The translations under genes and the position numbers were made by a program. From NCBI GenBank assembly GCA_000432595.1, contig HF996868.1, positions 65,241 through 129,240 on the forward strand: a stretch of 64,000 bases of DNA. The letters run 5' to 3'. This document shows positions 19,482-30,671 of the stretch, piece by piece. The first letter of the stretch is position 1, and each line of letters begins with the position of its first letter. The notes below the pieces were generated by a model. The model searched no databases. It was not told the DNA's origin and saw only the letters and a list, made by a program, of their open reading frames with translations. The DNA is from Clostridium sp. CAG:710. Lineage in GTDB: Bacteria; Bacillota_I; Bacilli_A; RF39; UBA660.

Positions 19482-19925
19482 TTAGATCACCTCAATTTTG
19501 CTTCCAGATTCTTCTAACTTTTCAATAGCACTCTTTGAGAACTTATGTGCTTGAACTGTTAATTTCTTATTAATTTCTCCATTTCCAAGAACTTTAATTC
19601 CATCTAATTGTTTTTTTACTAATCCAACTTCTTTTAATAAAGCTGGTGTTACTAATGTACCTTCTTCAAAAATATTTAAATCACTTACATTAATAGTAGC
19701 ATATTTAATTTTAAATTCATGATTTGAGAATCCTCTCTTAGGTAAACGTCTATATAATGGTAATTGTCCACCTTCGAATACTGGATTTACTCCTCCACCA
19801 CTACGAGAGTTTTGTCCTTTTTGTCCTTTACCACTAGTTTTTCCAAGACCACTACCTGGTCCGCGTCCTACAATTTTTCTTCTTTGTTTTGCACCAATAT
19901 TTTTTTCTAATTCATGTAATTTCAT
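19482..19925 (-). CDS. rplO: 50S ribosomal protein L15
   Basis: [38 protein letters not shown]... Confidence 0.97.
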   Translation of the reverse strand: MKLHELEKNIGAKQRRKIVGRGPGSGLGKTSGKGQKGQNSRSGGGVNPVFEGGQLPLYRRLPKRGFSNHEFKIKYATINVSDLNIFEEGTLVTPALLKEVGLVKKQLDGIKVLGNGEINKKLTVQAHKFSKSAIEKLEESGSKIEVI

Positions 19926-20434
19926 TATCCCAAAATCTCCTCTACTGTTTTTCCTCTTAACTGTGCAACATGTTCTGGTGTTTTAATTTGTTTTAGTGCA
20001 TTAATTGTAGCGGCTGCCATATTATTTTTAGTTCTTGATCCTAGTGATTTTGATAAAATATCTTGAACTCCTGCAAGTTCTAGTACAGCTCTAACTGCTC
20101 CACCTGCAATAACTCCAGTACCTGGCGCAGCTGGTATTAAAACTACTTTTGCAGCTCCTGCAACACCATTTACTTCATGAGCAATTGTTCTATTGTCAGT
20201 TAAAGGTACTTTAATTAAATTTTTATTTGCAGCTTGTATAGCTTTTTTGATTGCATCAGGTACTTCGTTTGCTTTACCCATACCTAATCCAACTTTACCT
20301 TTTCTATCCCCAACAACAACAGTAGCCGAGAATCTTCTTTGTCTACCACCTTTGTTAACTTTAACAACGCTTTTAATTTCGACAACTAATTCTTCTAATG
20401 TTTTTGCTTTTGGGTCATTATTTTTATTTTGCAT
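19925..20434 (-). CDS. rpsE: 30S ribosomal protein S5
   Basis: [38 protein letters not shown]. Its stop overlaps the rplO start by 1 nt, so no rpmD lies between them. Confidence 0.97.
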   Translation of the reverse strand: MQNKNNDPKAKTLEELVVEIKSVVKVNKGGRQRRFSATVVVGDRKGKVGLGMGKANEVPDAIKKAIQAANKNLIKVPLTDNRTIAHEVNGVAGAAKVVLIPAAPGTGVIAGGAVRAVLELAGVQDILSKSLGSRTKNNMAAATINALKQIKTPEHVAQLRGKTVEEILG

Positions 20435-20447
20435 AAATACCCTCCTA

Positions 20448-20810
20448 TTAGAATTCTAATCCATTCTCACGTGCAGCTTCAGCTAAAGCTTTTACACGAC
20501 CATGATAAAGATGTCCACCTCTATCAAATACAACTTTTTTAATGTTAGCTTTTTGTGCTCTATCAGCCAATAATTTACCAACTTTAGTAGCAGCTTCAAT
20601 ATTGCCGCCATTTTCTAATTTTAATTCTTTATCGATTGATGAAGCACTCACTAAAGTGATGCCATTTTCATCATCAATAAGTTGTGCAAAGATATTTGAA
20701 TTAGATCTATAAACACTTAATCTTGGTACAGCTACAGTTCCATGAATATCTTTTCTTATTCTTTCATGTCTAGCTTGACGCATAGCATTTTTTGACACTT
20801 TATTTATCAT
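20448..20810 (-). CDS. rplR: 50S ribosomal protein L18
   Basis: [12 protein letters not shown]...[18 protein letters not shown]; conserved order. Confidence 0.96.
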   Translation of the reverse strand: MINKVSKNAMRQARHERIRKDIHGTVAVPRLSVYRSNSNIFAQLIDDENGITLVSASSIDKELKLENGGNIEAATKVGKLLADRAQKANIKKVVFDRGGHLYHGRVKALAEAARENGLEF

Positions 20811-20864
20811 AAGTAACTTCTCCTTATCTTATATTTTTAATTTTAATTTAAGCAGCTAATTAGC

Positions 20865-21401
20865 TTAAGCGGCTTTCTTTCCTTCCTTACGGCGAATGTG
20901 TTCATCTTTATAACGAATTCCTTTTCCTTTATAAGGTTCTGGTTTTCTTACTTTTCTTATGTTTGCTGCGAATTCGCCAACTTGAGCTTTATCAATACCT
21001 TTTACAGTTATTTCAGTATTGCTAATTAATTCAACAGTTATTCCTTTTGGAATATCCATTTCTACTTGATGAGAATATCCTGCATTGATTACTAGTGTGT
21101 TACCTTTTAATGCAAAACGGTAACCTACACCAATTATCTCTAAACCTTTTTGGAATTCATGTGTTACACCATGAATCATATTTGAAAGGTTTGCATTCAT
21201 AGTTCCATGCATTGATTTGATTTCTTTAGTGTCGTTTACTCTTGTAAGTTCTAGTTGGTTATCTTCTACTTTGATGCTAATTCCTTTAGCAAGTTTAGTA
21301 GAAAGTTCACCCTTAGGTCCTTTTACAGTAACAACTCCTTCATTTTCTTCAACTGTAACTCCAGCAGGAATCTCAATTTTTCTATTTCCTATACGACTCA
21401 T
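20865..21401 (-). CDS. rplF: 50S ribosomal protein L6
   Basis: MSRIGNRKIEIPAGVTV... Confidence 0.96.
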   Translation of the reverse strand: MSRIGNRKIEIPAGVTVEENEGVVTVKGPKGELSTKLAKGISIKVEDNQLELTRVNDTKEIKSMHGTMNANLSNMIHGVTHEFQKGLEIIGVGYRFALKGNTLVINAGYSHQVEMDIPKGITVELISNTEITVKGIDKAQVGEFAANIRKVRKPEPYKGKGIRYKDEHIRRKEGKKAA

Positions 21402-21426
21402 CTTCAGGCCTCCTTAACTTTCGTTA

Positions 21427-21828
21427 CTACCAAATATAAGCAAGAACTTCTCCACCTAGATTTTGACGTCTAGCTTCTTTATCAGTCATGATTCCTTTTG
21501 AAGTAGAAATTATTGCAATTCCTAATCCATTTAATACTTTAGGGATTTCATCACTCTTAGCATAAACTCTTAATCCTGGTTTTGAAATACGCTTTAATCC
21601 AGTAATTACTCTTTCCTTTTTATCTCTATATTTAAGTGTTAATTCGATAGTTCCTTGAGCATCGTTTTTAACAACTTTATAGTCTTTTATAAATCCTTCT
21701 TCTTTTAATATTCTAGCAAGTTCAATCTTCATTTTTGAAGCAGGCACCGAAACATCAGTATAACGCATTGCATTTGCATTACGAATACGTGTTAGCATAT
21801 CTGCAATTGTATCAGTTACTACAGCCAT
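21427..21828 (-). CDS. rpsH: 30S ribosomal protein S8
   Basis: [18 protein letters not shown]... Confidence 0.96.
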   Translation of the reverse strand: MAVVTDTIADMLTRIRNANAMRYTDVSVPASKMKIELARILKEEGFIKDYKVVKNDAQGTIELTLKYRDKKERVITGLKRISKPGLRVYAKSDEIPKVLNGLGIAIISTSKGIMTDKEARRQNLGGEVLAYIW

Positions 21829-21847
21829 TATTAATCCTCCTTCCCAA

Positions 21848-22033
21848 TTACCAGCTTGATTTTTTTACACCTGGTATTTGTCCTTTATAAGCTAATTCTC
21901 TAAAGCAAATACGACAGATTCCAAATTTGCTCATAACAGCATGTGGTCTTCCACATTGTTTACAACGTGTATATTCACGAACCTTGAATTTTTGCTTTTT
22001 GTTAGCTTTTACAATCATACTTTTTTTTGCCAT
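21848..22033 (-). CDS. rpsN: 30S ribosomal protein S14, zinc-binding type Z (61 aa)
   Basis: [10 protein letters not shown]...CRICFRE: the short C+ form with two CxxC pairs. Confidence 0.96.
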   Translation of the reverse strand: MAKKSMIVKANKKQKFKVREYTRCKQCGRPHAVMSKFGICRICFRELAYKGQIPGVKKSSW

Positions 22034-22047
22034 TATTTACCCTCCAA

Positions 22048-22587
22048 TTACTTTCTAAATGGAATTCCAAGTTCTGCTAATAAATCATAGGCTTCTTCAT
22101 TAGTTTTTGCGGTTGTTACAAATACTATATCCATACCACGAACTTTTACTACATTATCATATTCAATTTCTGAGAAAATCAATTGTTCTTTAATTCCTAA
22201 TGTATAGTTCCCACGTCCATCAAATGCTTTTGATGATACTCCATGGAAATCTCTTACACGTGGAAGTCCAATAGTTACAAGTTTATCTAAGAAGTTATAC
22301 ATATTTTCTCCTCTTAGAGTAACTTTACAACCAATTGATTGTCCTTCTCTTACTTTGAATCCAGCAATAGACTTTCTAGCTTTTGTTATAACTGGTTTTT
22401 GTCCAGAGATAAGTTCAAGATCATGAACAGCAGCTTCTAATAATTTAGAATTACTAGTTGCATCTCCTACACCCATATTAATAACGATTTTTTCTAGTTT
22501 TGGTACTTCCATCACTGACTTATAATTGTGTTTTTTTGTTAAACTTGGAACAATTTCATTTAAATACTTTTCTTTTAGGCGGTTCAT
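22048..22587 (-). CDS. rplE: 50S ribosomal protein L5
   Basis: [16 protein letters not shown]...; conserved order. Confidence 0.96.
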   Translation of the reverse strand: MNRLKEKYLNEIVPSLTKKHNYKSVMEVPKLEKIVINMGVGDATSNSKLLEAAVHDLELISGQKPVITKARKSIAGFKVREGQSIGCKVTLRGENMYNFLDKLVTIGLPRVRDFHGVSSKAFDGRGNYTLGIKEQLIFSEIEYDNVVKVRGMDIVFVTTAKTNEEAYDLLAELGIPFRK

Positions 22588-22605
22588 CTCATTACCCTCC
22601 TTCCA

Positions 22606-22914
22606 CTAATCAATCTTTTCATTTGATTTTTTAGTTATTCTTATTTTTTTATTATTTTTATCAATAGTATGTCCGATTCTAGTTCTTTTCTTTGTTTTAG
22701 GATCGATAATCATAACATTTGAAGCATGAATTGGTGCTTCTATTTCTAAGATTCCACCAGTTTCATTTTGGTTTGCTTTTTTATGTTTCTTTATTATATT
22801 GCATCCTTCTACGATTACTTTGTTTTCATTTCTTAAAACTTTTGTAATCTTTCCTTCTTTTCCTTTACTAGATCCAGCAATTACTACGACTTTATCTCCT
22901 ACTTTAAAGTTCAT
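22606..22914 (-). CDS. rplX: 50S ribosomal protein L24
   Basis: KVGDKVVVIAGSSKGKEGKI (KOW motif). Confidence 0.96.
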   Translation of the reverse strand: MNFKVGDKVVVIAGSSKGKEGKITKVLRNENKVIVEGCNIIKKHKKANQNETGGILEIEAPIHASNVMIIDPKTKKRTRIGHTIDKNNKKIRITKKSNEKID

Positions 22915-22925
22915 AATATCCTCCT

Positions 22926-23294
22926 TTATAGCACTTCTTTAGCTAAAGATACTATTTTCATGTAATCTGCATCACGAAGTTCACGTGCTACAGGTCCAAA
23001 GATACGAGTTCCTACTGGACTCTTGTCATCTTTAATAATTACGCATGCGTTGTCATCAAATTTAATGTAAGAACCATCAGGTCTTCTAACACCAAATTTA
23101 CTTCTAACAACAACTGCTTTTACAACTTTACCTTTTTTAACAGTTCCATTAGGTGTGGCTTTTTTAATTGTACCAACAACTATGTCCCCGATATTACCAG
23201 TTTTTACTTTGCTTCCACCAAGTACACGAATTACTAAAAGTTCTTTTGCACCTGAGTTATCAGCAACTTTTAAACGACTTTCTTGTTGAATCAT
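22926..23294 (-). CDS. rplN: 50S ribosomal protein L14
   Basis: [28 protein letters not shown]... Confidence 0.97.
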   Translation of the reverse strand: MIQQESRLKVADNSGAKELLVIRVLGGSKVKTGNIGDIVVGTIKKATPNGTVKKGKVVKAVVVRSKFGVRRPDGSYIKFDDNACVIIKDDKSPVGTRIFGPVARELRDADYMKIVSLAKEVL

Positions 23295-23318
23295 AATTAA
23301 TCCTCCTTCACCTAAGAG

Positions 23319-23576
23319 TTATAAAATAACTGCTTCTTTTATTATTTCTTTTAAATAAAATCTTTTTGTAGCAGAAAGTGGTCTAGTTTCAACTATTCTA
23401 ACTATATCTCCAACTTTTGCTTTATTTGATTCATCATGTACGGCATATTTTTTAGAGTATTTAACTCTTTTACCATACAATGGATGCTTTTTATAAGTTT
23501 CAACTAAAACTGTAATAGTTTTGTTGTTTTTATCACTTACAACTTTACCAACTAATTCTTTTCTTACCTTTTCCAT
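23319..23576 (-). CDS. rpsQ: 30S ribosomal protein S17
   Basis: 85 aa, [17 protein letters not shown]...HPLYGKRVK... Confidence 0.96.
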   Translation of the reverse strand: MEKVRKELVGKVVSDKNNKTITVLVETYKKHPLYGKRVKYSKKYAVHDESNKAKVGDIVRIVETRPLSATKRFYLKEIIKEAVIL

Positions 23577-23585
23577 AGTGCCTCC

Positions 23586-23780
23586 CTAATCATTTAACTC
23601 GCGTTCGCGTAGAACTGTTTTAAGTCTAGCTACAAGATGTCTTAATTCTCTTATTCTTGAAGGTTTCTCTAAATTTCCGGTTGCTTGTTGGAAACGTAAA
23701 TTGAATAGTTCTTCTTTTGTTTCTTTTATTTTTGCATTAATTTCTTCAGTGGTTAGATTTCTAATTTCATTAACCTTCAT
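23586..23780 (-). CDS. rpmC: 50S ribosomal protein L29
   Basis: 64 aa, [15 protein letters not shown]... Confidence 0.95.
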   Translation of the reverse strand: MKVNEIRNLTTEEINAKIKETKEELFNLRFQQATGNLEKPSRIRELRHLVARLKTVLRERELND

Positions 23781-24204
23781 TTATATCACCACCATTTTCT
23801 TTCATTACGAATTTTGTTCTAATAGGTAATTTATGAGATGCCAATCTTAATGCCTCTCTAGCTGTTGCTTCATCAACGCCAGCTATTTCAAACATTATTT
23901 TTCCTTCTTTAACAACTGCAACCCATTTTTCAACATTACCTTTACCTTTACCTTGACGTGTTCCTAAAGGTTTTTGTGTTAATGGTAAATGTGGGAAAAT
24001 ATTAATCCATACTTTACCTCCACGTTTCATGTAACGTGTCATAGCAATACGAGCTGCTTCGATTTGATTTGCTGTAATCCAAGCTCCCTCTTTTGCTTGT
24101 AAACCATATTCACCAAAACTTAATGTTGTGTTTCCTTTTGCATGACCTTCATAAGGTAATCTATGAACACGACGATATTTTGTTCTTGCTGGTATTAGTG
24201 CCAT
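23770..24204 (-). CDS. rplP: 50S ribosomal protein L16
   Basis: [11 protein letters not shown]....G...G....FGEYGLQA... Confidence 0.97.
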   Translation of the reverse strand: MALIPARTKYRRVHRLPYEGHAKGNTTLSFGEYGLQAKEGAWITANQIEAARIAMTRYMKRGGKVWINIFPHLPLTQKPLGTRQGKGKGNVEKWVAVVKEGKIMFEIAGVDEATAREALRLASHKLPIRTKFVMKENGGDINEG

Positions 24205-24206
24205 AA

Positions 24207-24860
24207 TTAATTACCTCCTTTAGCCTTTTTATCTTGAAGAATTTCTCCCTTGTATATCCATACTTTAACTCCGATTTTACCATAAGTAGTATCAGCTTCT
24301 GTTGCAGCATAATCAATATCTGCTCTTAATGTATGTAGAGGAATAGTTCCTTCTGTATATCCTTCGCTACGTGCCATATCAGCACCACCTAATCTTCCTG
24401 AAACTAAAGTTTTAATTCCTTTAACTCCGTTCTTCATAGCATTTCTAATTGCTCTTTTTTGAGCCATTCTGAATGATGCTCTGTTTTCGATTTGATTTGC
24501 AATTGATTGTGCTACTAGATTAGCATCAACTTCTGGTTTTTTAATGTCAACGATTGATATTTGAACGTTTTCACCAACCATTGTTGATATTTCTTTTTTA
24601 AGCTTTTCTATTTCTTCTCCACCACGACCAATGATGACTCCTGGTTTTGATGTATGAATAGTTACTTCTGTTTTCTTGTTGTTTCTTTCAATTTCAACTT
24701 TACTAATAGATGCGTCTTTTAATCTTTTATCTAAGAACTTACGAATAGCCATATCGCTTTCTAAGCATTTAGAAAAATCTTTATTGTTTGCATACCATTT
24801 AGCTTCCCAGTCTTTATTTATTCCAATTCTAAGTCCAATTGGACTAACTTTTTGACCCAT
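24207..24860 (-). CDS. rpsC: 30S ribosomal protein S3
   Basis: [24 protein letters not shown]... Confidence 0.97.
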   Translation of the reverse strand: MGQKVSPIGLRIGINKDWEAKWYANNKDFSKCLESDMAIRKFLDKRLKDASISKVEIERNNKKTEVTIHTSKPGVIIGRGGEEIEKLKKEISTMVGENVQISIVDIKKPEVDANLVAQSIANQIENRASFRMAQKRAIRNAMKNGVKGIKTLVSGRLGGADMARSEGYTEGTIPLHTLRADIDYAATEADTTYGKIGVKVWIYKGEILQDKKAKGGN

Positions 24861-24877
24861 ATTAACCTCCTTACAGA

Positions 24878-25210
24878 TTATCTACTAGCCACTGTAATAA
24901 CGATGTGACTAGTTCTTTTATCATTGTGTCCTATATGACTACGTGAATCAAACATGTGTCTTTTCATTACAGGACCTGCATCTACTCTTGCTTCTTTAAC
25001 GTATAATTCTTCAACTTTTGCGCCATTATTGTTAACGGCATTTGCAACTGCTGAATTTAATACTTTTTTTGTTAGCCTTGCTGGCTTTTTATTCATATTA
25101 TTTAATATGCTTAATGCAACATTAACATCTTTACCACGAATCAAATCAACAACTAATCTTGTTTTGATAGGTGATACTCTAAGAGTTTTTGCGATTGCTC
25201 TTGCTTCCAT
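24878..25210 (-). CDS. rplV: 50S ribosomal protein L22
   Basis: [27 protein letters not shown]... Confidence 0.96.
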   Translation of the reverse strand: MEARAIAKTLRVSPIKTRLVVDLIRGKDVNVALSILNNMNKKPARLTKKVLNSAVANAVNNNGAKVEELYVKEARVDAGPVMKRHMFDSRSHIGHNDKRTSHIVITVASR

Positions 25211-25229
25211 ATCATTTTCCTCCTAGTCA

Positions 25230-25499
25230 TTATTTCTTTTTACTATCGCCGTGACCACCAAATTTACGAGTTAAAGCAAATTCTCCTAATTTGTGACCTA
25301 CCATATCCTCAGTTACATAAACAGGAATAAATTCTTTTCCATTATGAACTGCAAAAGTGTGTCCTATGAAGGCAGGAAATATAGTTGAACGACGTGACCA
25401 TGTTTTAATAACTTCTTTCTTACCACTTTTGTTTAATTCTTCAACCTTTTTAAGTAATCTTTCGAAAACGTAAGGTCCTTTTTTTAAACTTCTACTCAT
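25230..25499 (-). CDS. rpsS: 30S ribosomal protein S19
   Basis: [11 protein letters not shown]...[21 protein letters not shown]. Confidence 0.97.
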   Translation of the reverse strand: MSRSLKKGPYVFERLLKKVEELNKSGKKEVIKTWSRRSTIFPAFIGHTFAVHNGKEFIPVYVTEDMVGHKLGEFALTRKFGGHGDSKKK

Positions 25500-25512
25500 T
25501 TATTTTTCCTCC

Positions 25513-26343
25513 TTACTTTCCATTACGACGACGTACTATTAATTTATCTGATGCTTTTTTCTTACGTGTCTTATATCCTAGTGCTGGTTTACCCCAAGGA
25601 GTAACTGGTCCTTTACGTCCGATTGGCGCACGACCTTCACCACCACCATGTGGATGGTCATTAGGATTCATAACTGAACCACGAACTGTAGGTTTGATAC
25701 CCATGTGACGACTACGTCCAGCTTTTCCTAATTTAACAAGTTCGTAATCTTCATTTCCAACTTCTCCGATAGTTGCATAGCAAGTACCAAGAATTTTTCT
25801 TTGTTCTCCACTTGATAAACGAACCATTACATAATTACCTTCACGTCCAAGTATTTGAGCAGATGCTCCTGCAGAACGTGCAAGTTCTCCACCTTTACCA
25901 GGTTTTAATTCTATATTATGAATAACAGTACCAACTGGGATATTCATAATTGGTAATGCGTTACCAACTTTAATATCAGCGTTTTCTCCGCTTACTATTT
26001 CCATACCAACTTTTAAATCTTTTGGAGCAATTATATATCTTTTTTCTCCATCTTTATAATTAATTAATGCTATATTAGCGCTTCTGTTTGGATCATATTC
26101 AATTGTAGCTACAACACCAGGAATATCTCTTTTATTTCTTTTAAAATCAATAATTCTGTATTTTCTTTTCTCTCCGCCACCTTTATGTCTAACAGTGATT
26201 CTACCTTGATTATTACGTCCACCATTTTTCTTAATTGTTACAACTAAGCTTTTTTCTGGCTTATCAGTAGTAATTTCAGTATTTATTAAGGTACTCATTT
26301 TACGTCTACCATTGGTAGTAGGTTTATAATTTCTAATTGCCAT
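25513..26343 (-). CDS. rplB: 50S ribosomal protein L2
   Basis: [14 protein letters not shown]...[17 protein letters not shown]. Confidence 0.98.
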   Translation of the reverse strand: MAIRNYKPTTNGRRKMSTLINTEITTDKPEKSLVVTIKKNGGRNNQGRITVRHKGGGEKRKYRIIDFKRNKRDIPGVVATIEYDPNRSANIALINYKDGEKRYIIAPKDLKVGMEIVSGENADIKVGNALPIMNIPVGTVIHNIELKPGKGGELARSAGASAQILGREGNYVMVRLSSGEQRKILGTCYATIGEVGNEDYELVKLGKAGRSRHMGIKPTVRGSVMNPNDHPHGGGEGRAPIGRKGPVTPWGKPALGYKTRKKKASDKLIVRRRNGK

Positions 26344-26357
26344 AAGTAACCCTCCTT

Positions 26358-26642
26358 CTATCCAATATCGATAGTTTGACCTTCAGCTAATTTAACAATA
26401 GCTTTCTTACTACGATTGCTAAGTCCGCTGTAACGTCCTACTCTTTTCTTCTTTGGTTTTTCATTTATAGTAGAAATTTCAACAACCTTAACATTGAATA
26501 TTTTTTCAATTGCTTGTTTAATTTCTGTTTTATTTGCTTTTGGATCAACTTTGAAAGCATATTTTCCTTCATTTTGAGCCATATTAGCACTTTTCTCAGT
26601 AATAACTGGTGCCTTAATAATTTCTAAGTATCTTGTATCCAT
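26358..26642 (-). CDS. rplW: 50S ribosomal protein L23
   Basis: 94 aa, [11 protein letters not shown].......[16 protein letters not shown]. Confidence 0.96.
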   Translation of the reverse strand: MDTRYLEIIKAPVITEKSANMAQNEGKYAFKVDPKANKTEIKQAIEKIFNVKVVEISTINEKPKKKRVGRYSGLSNRSKKAIVKLAEGQTIDIG

Positions 26643-27262
26643 TATCCTAGCACCTCCTCAATACTTTTTAATGCTTCATCTGTGATTAATATTTTATCTG
26701 CAGCTATTAAATCTAATACATTAACTTCTCCAGATTCAATTAATGCTATATTAGCTAAGTTTCTAGAAGCTAATATAATGTTTTCATCTAATTCTTTAAC
26801 AATTATTAAAGTCTTAGTGTTGTCTAATTTTAAATTAGCAAGAAGATTTTTCATATCTTTTGTTTTAGGAGTTGCAAGTTTTAACTCTTCAACAATTATC
26901 ATATCAGGTGCTTTAGTTGCTAATGCACTCTTTAATGCTAATCTTCTTTCTTTACGATTCATCTTTTTAGAATAATCTCTTGGAGTAGGTCCGAATGCAA
27001 TTCCTCCACCTCTCCATTGAACAGCTCTAATAGAACCTTGTCTAGCATGACCTGTTCCTTTTTGACGCCATGGTTTTCTTCCACCGCCACTTACTTCTGC
27101 ACGAGTTTTTGTACTATGAGTTCCTTGTCTTAAAGATGCTCTAGCTAAAATAATTGCATCATATAAAACATTTTTATTAGGCTCAATAGCAAATATATTT
27201 TCACTAAGTTTTCTATCTTTAATTTTTTCGCCATTTAAATTTACAATTGCTTGTTTTACCAT
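26642..27262 (-). CDS. rplD: 50S ribosomal protein L4
   Basis: Preferred start MVKQAIVNLNG at 27262, with an AAAGGAGG RBS. It contains GGGRKPWRQKGTGHARQGSIR. Confidence 0.96.
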   Translation of the reverse strand: MVKQAIVNLNGEKIKDRKLSENIFAIEPNKNVLYDAIILARASLRQGTHSTKTRAEVSGGGRKPWRQKGTGHARQGSIRAVQWRGGGIAFGPTPRDYSKKMNRKERRLALKSALATKAPDMIIVEELKLATPKTKDMKNLLANLKLDNTKTLIIVKELDENIILASRNLANIALIESGEVNVLDLIAADKILITDEALKSIEEVLG

Positions 27263-27319
27263 TTTATTTCCTCCTTTCATCACATTAATAATTTAATTAT
27301 TGTTTCTTTTCTGTGATGA

Positions 27320-28048
27320 TTACTCTTCAGTAGTTTCAGTTACTTCTTCAGTTGCTTCTTCAACTGGTGCTGTTTCTTCAACTATTTCATAGCTGATTAA
27401 TTCTTCGGCTGGATTTACTTTTTCACCTTTTTTAACTGATGTTTTGATCATAACTAAAGATTTTTTTGGACCAGGAACGTTTCCTTTGATTAAGATAACA
27501 TTGTTTTCTAAATCAACAGCAACAACTTCCAAGTTTTGAATTGTTGAGGCAACATTTCCCATATGGCCTGGTAATTTTTTACCTTTTAATACGTGCATTG
27601 GTAACATTGTACCTAGAGAACCAACTCCTCTATGGTATTGTGATCCGTGTCCCATTGGTCCACGAGATTGATTATAACGTTTGATAACGCCTTGGAAACC
27701 TTTTCCTTTGCTTGTTCCGCTTACGTCAACGATTTCCCCTTCTTTAAAAATACTTGCATCAATTACTTGACCTAAAGTATATTCTTCAACATTTACTCCT
27801 CTGATTTCTTTTAAGAAGCGCTTAGGAGCAGTGTTAGCTTTGTTAGTATGACCGATTTTTGCTTTGTTAGAAACTTTTTCTCTAACAGTTACTGCTGCTA
27901 ATTGAATAGCATTGTATCCGTCTTTTTCAACTGTTTTAATTTGAGTAATAACATTTGGTTCTACTTCAACAACAGTTACAGGAATTAGTTTTCCACTTTT
28001 AGTAAAAACTTGAGTCATTCCAACTTTTTTTCCTAAGATTCCTTTCAT
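27320..28048 (-). CDS. rplC: 50S ribosomal protein L3 with acidic C-terminal extension
   Basis: [15 protein letters not shown]...; the last ~30 residues, [28 protein letters not shown], are an extra acidic tail. Confidence 0.96.
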   Translation of the reverse strand: MKGILGKKVGMTQVFTKSGKLIPVTVVEVEPNVITQIKTVEKDGYNAIQLAAVTVREKVSNKAKIGHTNKANTAPKRFLKEIRGVNVEEYTLGQVIDASIFKEGEIVDVSGTSKGKGFQGVIKRYNQSRGPMGHGSQYHRGVGSLGTMLPMHVLKGKKLPGHMGNVASTIQNLEVVAVDLENNVILIKGNVPGPKKSLVMIKTSVKKGEKVNPAEELISYEIVEETAPVEEATEEVTETTEE

Positions 28049-28066
28049 TTCTTGTTCCTCCTATAA

Positions 28067-28372
28067 TTATAATTTAATTTGAATATCTACACCACTTGGT
28101 ATATCCAAATGAGCTAATGCATCAATCAACTCTTTGCTTGGATTTTTAATATCAATTAACCTTTTGTGTGTACGCATTTCAAATTGTTCACGTGAATCTT
28201 TATACTTATGTACAGCTCTTAGAATAGTATATTTTTCAACTTCTGTTGGAAGTGGTACTGGTCCACTTATTTCACTATTCATTCTTTTTGCAGTTTCAAC
28301 TATTTTTGTTGCTGCATTATCAAGTATTCTATGATCATATGCTTTTAATTTGATACGAACTCTATTTGACAT
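28067..28372 (-). CDS. rpsJ: 30S ribosomal protein S10
   Basis: [13 protein letters not shown]...SGPVPLPT... Confidence 0.97.
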   Translation of the reverse strand: MSNRVRIKLKAYDHRILDNAATKIVETAKRMNSEISGPVPLPTEVEKYTILRAVHKYKDSREQFEMRTHKRLIDIKNPSKELIDALAHLDIPSGVDIQIKL

Positions 28373-28497
28373 TTCATATCCTCCCTTCGCCTATATCTTA
28401 GTATAGACTTGCTCCATGTAAGTAACCCGATTCCAATTAATCAACTTAACCTGGTGTATCGGCAACCTCACACATCTAAGCCAGTCACACGTAGTAG

Positions 28498-28527
28498 ATT
28501 ATATCACAAGTATATGTAATAAATCAA
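28498..28527 (-). promoter_or_regulatory. Sigma-A-type promoter of the S10 operon
   Basis: The minus strand reads TTGATT (28527-28522), an 18-nt spacer, then the extended -10 TGATATAAT (-10 at 28503-28498). This leaves a ~125-nt leader before rpsJ. Confidence 0.6.
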
Positions 28528-28566
28528 CCCTTTTTTTAAATAAAAATAAAAGAAATAATGAGTGCT

Positions 28567-30093
28567 TTACTTACTCATCATTTCTATTGCTTTTTGTAAT
28601 TGATTATCGTTTGCTTCTTTACGATTTGTGTAGTATTTTGGGTCTAGCTCTAATTCTACAGTAGGAGCAATTCCTTTTCCATCTATTTCTTCTCCCTTTG
28701 TAGTTAACCAATTTTGGGTTGTATATTTTATCATTGCTCCTGTTGATAGTGTTCTTGTCTTCTGTACTTTTCCTTTACCATATGTTGTTACACCTATTAC
28801 TTCTGCATTTATATTTTCTTTTAATGCTGCTGTTAAAATTTCTGAAGCTGATGCGGTTGACTTATTTACTAAAACTGCAACCTTTAGTTTTATTGATGGA
28901 TCCTTTTTGCTTTTAATTTTATCTATCTTCCCTTTTGTATCCAATTGATAAATAATATCTCCTTTTTTAACAAACATTTCTGCTATTGATGTTACGCTTG
29001 TTAAATATCCACCAGTATTGCCTCTTAAATCTAGTATTAGAGAATCTACTTTTTTATTTTCTAATTCTTTTTCTGCTTTTTCAAATTGTGCATATGTATT
29101 GTTAGCAAAAGTTGATATATTAATATAACCTATTTTTTTATCATTTTTTTCATATATTTTAGTTGTTACTGATTGTATATCAATCTTACCTCTTGTAATT
29201 TCAAATTCTTTTTCTTCTTTATCTCTTCTTATTGTTACTTTTACTTTAGTACCAGACTTTCCTTTTACTAAAGCTGATACTTCAGTTAATGTCATTCCTT
29301 TTACTGCTTTATCTCCAACTTTTATTAATGTATCATTTGCTTTTAGACCAGCTTTTTGTGCAGGACTATTTTCATATACTTTACTTATATATATTTCGCC
29401 ATTTCTTCTGAATGTTATTTCTCCACCCATTCCTACATATTTGCCTTCTAATTCTTCATTTAAGGCTTCTGTTTTATCTTTATCTAAGTATTTTGAATAT
29501 GGGTCATCTAAATAATCAACCATTCCTGAAATTGCCGCATTTATTAATTCTTTTTTATCAATTTTCTCATAATACTCATTTGTAATTGATTGATATGTTT
29601 CATTAAACTCTAAAAGTTCTGCCTCAGCCATTATTTTCTTTGATGTTTTATTAATCACATAAGAAACCTTTATTGTTAATGTAATTGAACACACCGCTGT
29701 TATTACCATTATGATTACTACTTCTAATAAATTAAATTTTGCGTTTGATTTATTTTTCTTGTTTTCTTTAACTTTTTTTGACTGTTCCTTTATTTGACTA
29801 GTAAATACTTCTTCATCTTGCTTTTTATCTATGTTATCATTTTCAATAACCTGTTCTTCTTCCTCTGGCTCCTCTTGCTTAAATACTTCTTCATCTTGTT
29901 TCTTGTCAATATTATCAAATATATTAATATCTTCTTTAAGTATGTTTTCTATGTTTGAACTTTTATTTACGTTTTTTTTGCGTGCTACATTCTTCTTAGC
30001 ATGATTATTTTTATTACTAGCTACATTTTTCTTTGTTGAATTTACTTTTTTTCGGTTGGAATTTTTTCCCTTTTTATTATTTTCTGTTGCCAT
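28567..30093 (-). CDS. ctpA: Carboxy-terminal processing protease (peptidase S41) with PDZ domain and long K/N/E-rich N-terminal tail
   Basis: It has a PDZ segment ENSPAQKAGLKANDTLIKVGD, the S41 core LDLRGNTGGYL and VLVNKSTASASEI, a TM at LLEVVIIMVITAVCSITLTI, and a duplicated NIDKKQDEEVF in the tail. Confidence 0.88.
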   Translation of the reverse strand: MATENNKKGKNSNRKKVNSTKKNVASNKNNHAKKNVARKKNVNKSSNIENILKEDINIFDNIDKKQDEEVFKQEEPEEEEQVIENDNIDKKQDEEVFTSQIKEQSKKVKENKKNKSNAKFNLLEVVIIMVITAVCSITLTIKVSYVINKTSKKIMAEAELLEFNETYQSITNEYYEKIDKKELINAAISGMVDYLDDPYSKYLDKDKTEALNEELEGKYVGMGGEITFRRNGEIYISKVYENSPAQKAGLKANDTLIKVGDKAVKGMTLTEVSALVKGKSGTKVKVTIRRDKEEKEFEITRGKIDIQSVTTKIYEKNDKKIGYINISTFANNTYAQFEKAEKELENKKVDSLILDLRGNTGGYLTSVTSIAEMFVKKGDIIYQLDTKGKIDKIKSKKDPSIKLKVAVLVNKSTASASEILTAALKENINAEVIGVTTYGKGKVQKTRTLSTGAMIKYTTQNWLTTKGEEIDGKGIAPTVELELDPKYYTNRKEANDNQLQKAIEMMSK

Positions 30094-30103
30094 TTTATAC
30101 CTC

Positions 30104-30613
30104 TTATCCTAAATTTTGTGAATAATCCTTAATATCTTCTATACCAGTTACAAATTTTGTTACTTTTCCATTTTTAATTCTTATTAGAGTTGGATTTTCT
30201 ACTTTTAGTTCATCTATATTTTTAGGTGTTCTATCTATATCTTCTCCATCTGCTATATAATTAGTATTGAATTTTTTATCCAAGTCCACTTTATATGTTT
30301 TTGTAGTGTTTTCTAATACCTGAGTAATTGTTTCAAGTAAATTTGCATCATCTCCACTAAACTCATAGAATAGTACAAAGTAGTCATCACTATTTTGTTT
30401 GAATGTTGTTTCTGCTAGAATCTCAACATATTGTATTGTTGGTTCTGTTTTCTTATCTTTCTTTAATTTGATTTCTCCAGTTAACACTGCGAATATTAAA
30501 TAGATTAATACAAATACTATTATTACTCCTATTGCTATTTTTACTATTGTTGATGCCTCTGTTGAATTATTTCCTAAATTTCTTTCAATTACTTTTTTAT
30601 TTTTATTTTTCAT
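30104..30613 (-). CDS. Membrane-anchored protein of unknown function
   Basis: 169 aa with the N-terminal TM IVKIAIGVIIVFVLIYLIFAVL. It sits 10 nt upstream of ctpA, so the two are probably co-transcribed. Confidence 0.7.
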   Translation of the reverse strand: MKNKNKKVIERNLGNNSTEASTIVKIAIGVIIVFVLIYLIFAVLTGEIKLKKDKKTEPTIQYVEILAETTFKQNSDDYFVLFYEFSGDDANLLETITQVLENTTKTYKVDLDKKFNTNYIADGEDIDRTPKNIDELKVENPTLIRIKNGKVTKFVTGIEDIKDYSQNLG

Positions 30614-30671
30614 TTATATCACCTACTACTAATTCTAGCACAAAGAAAGACAAAAATAAACACAAAAGTGT

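Noticed and set aside
19880-19970. A hidden short rpmD ORF at the rpsE/rplO junction
   Set aside because: The two genes overlap by 1 nt, and no alternative frame here gives an L30-like peptide.
28373-28566. tRNA or other small RNA gene in the 194-bp spacer upstream of rpsJ
   Set aside because: There is no cloverleaf and no GTTCRANNC T-loop box. The region is better explained as a promoter plus 5' leader.
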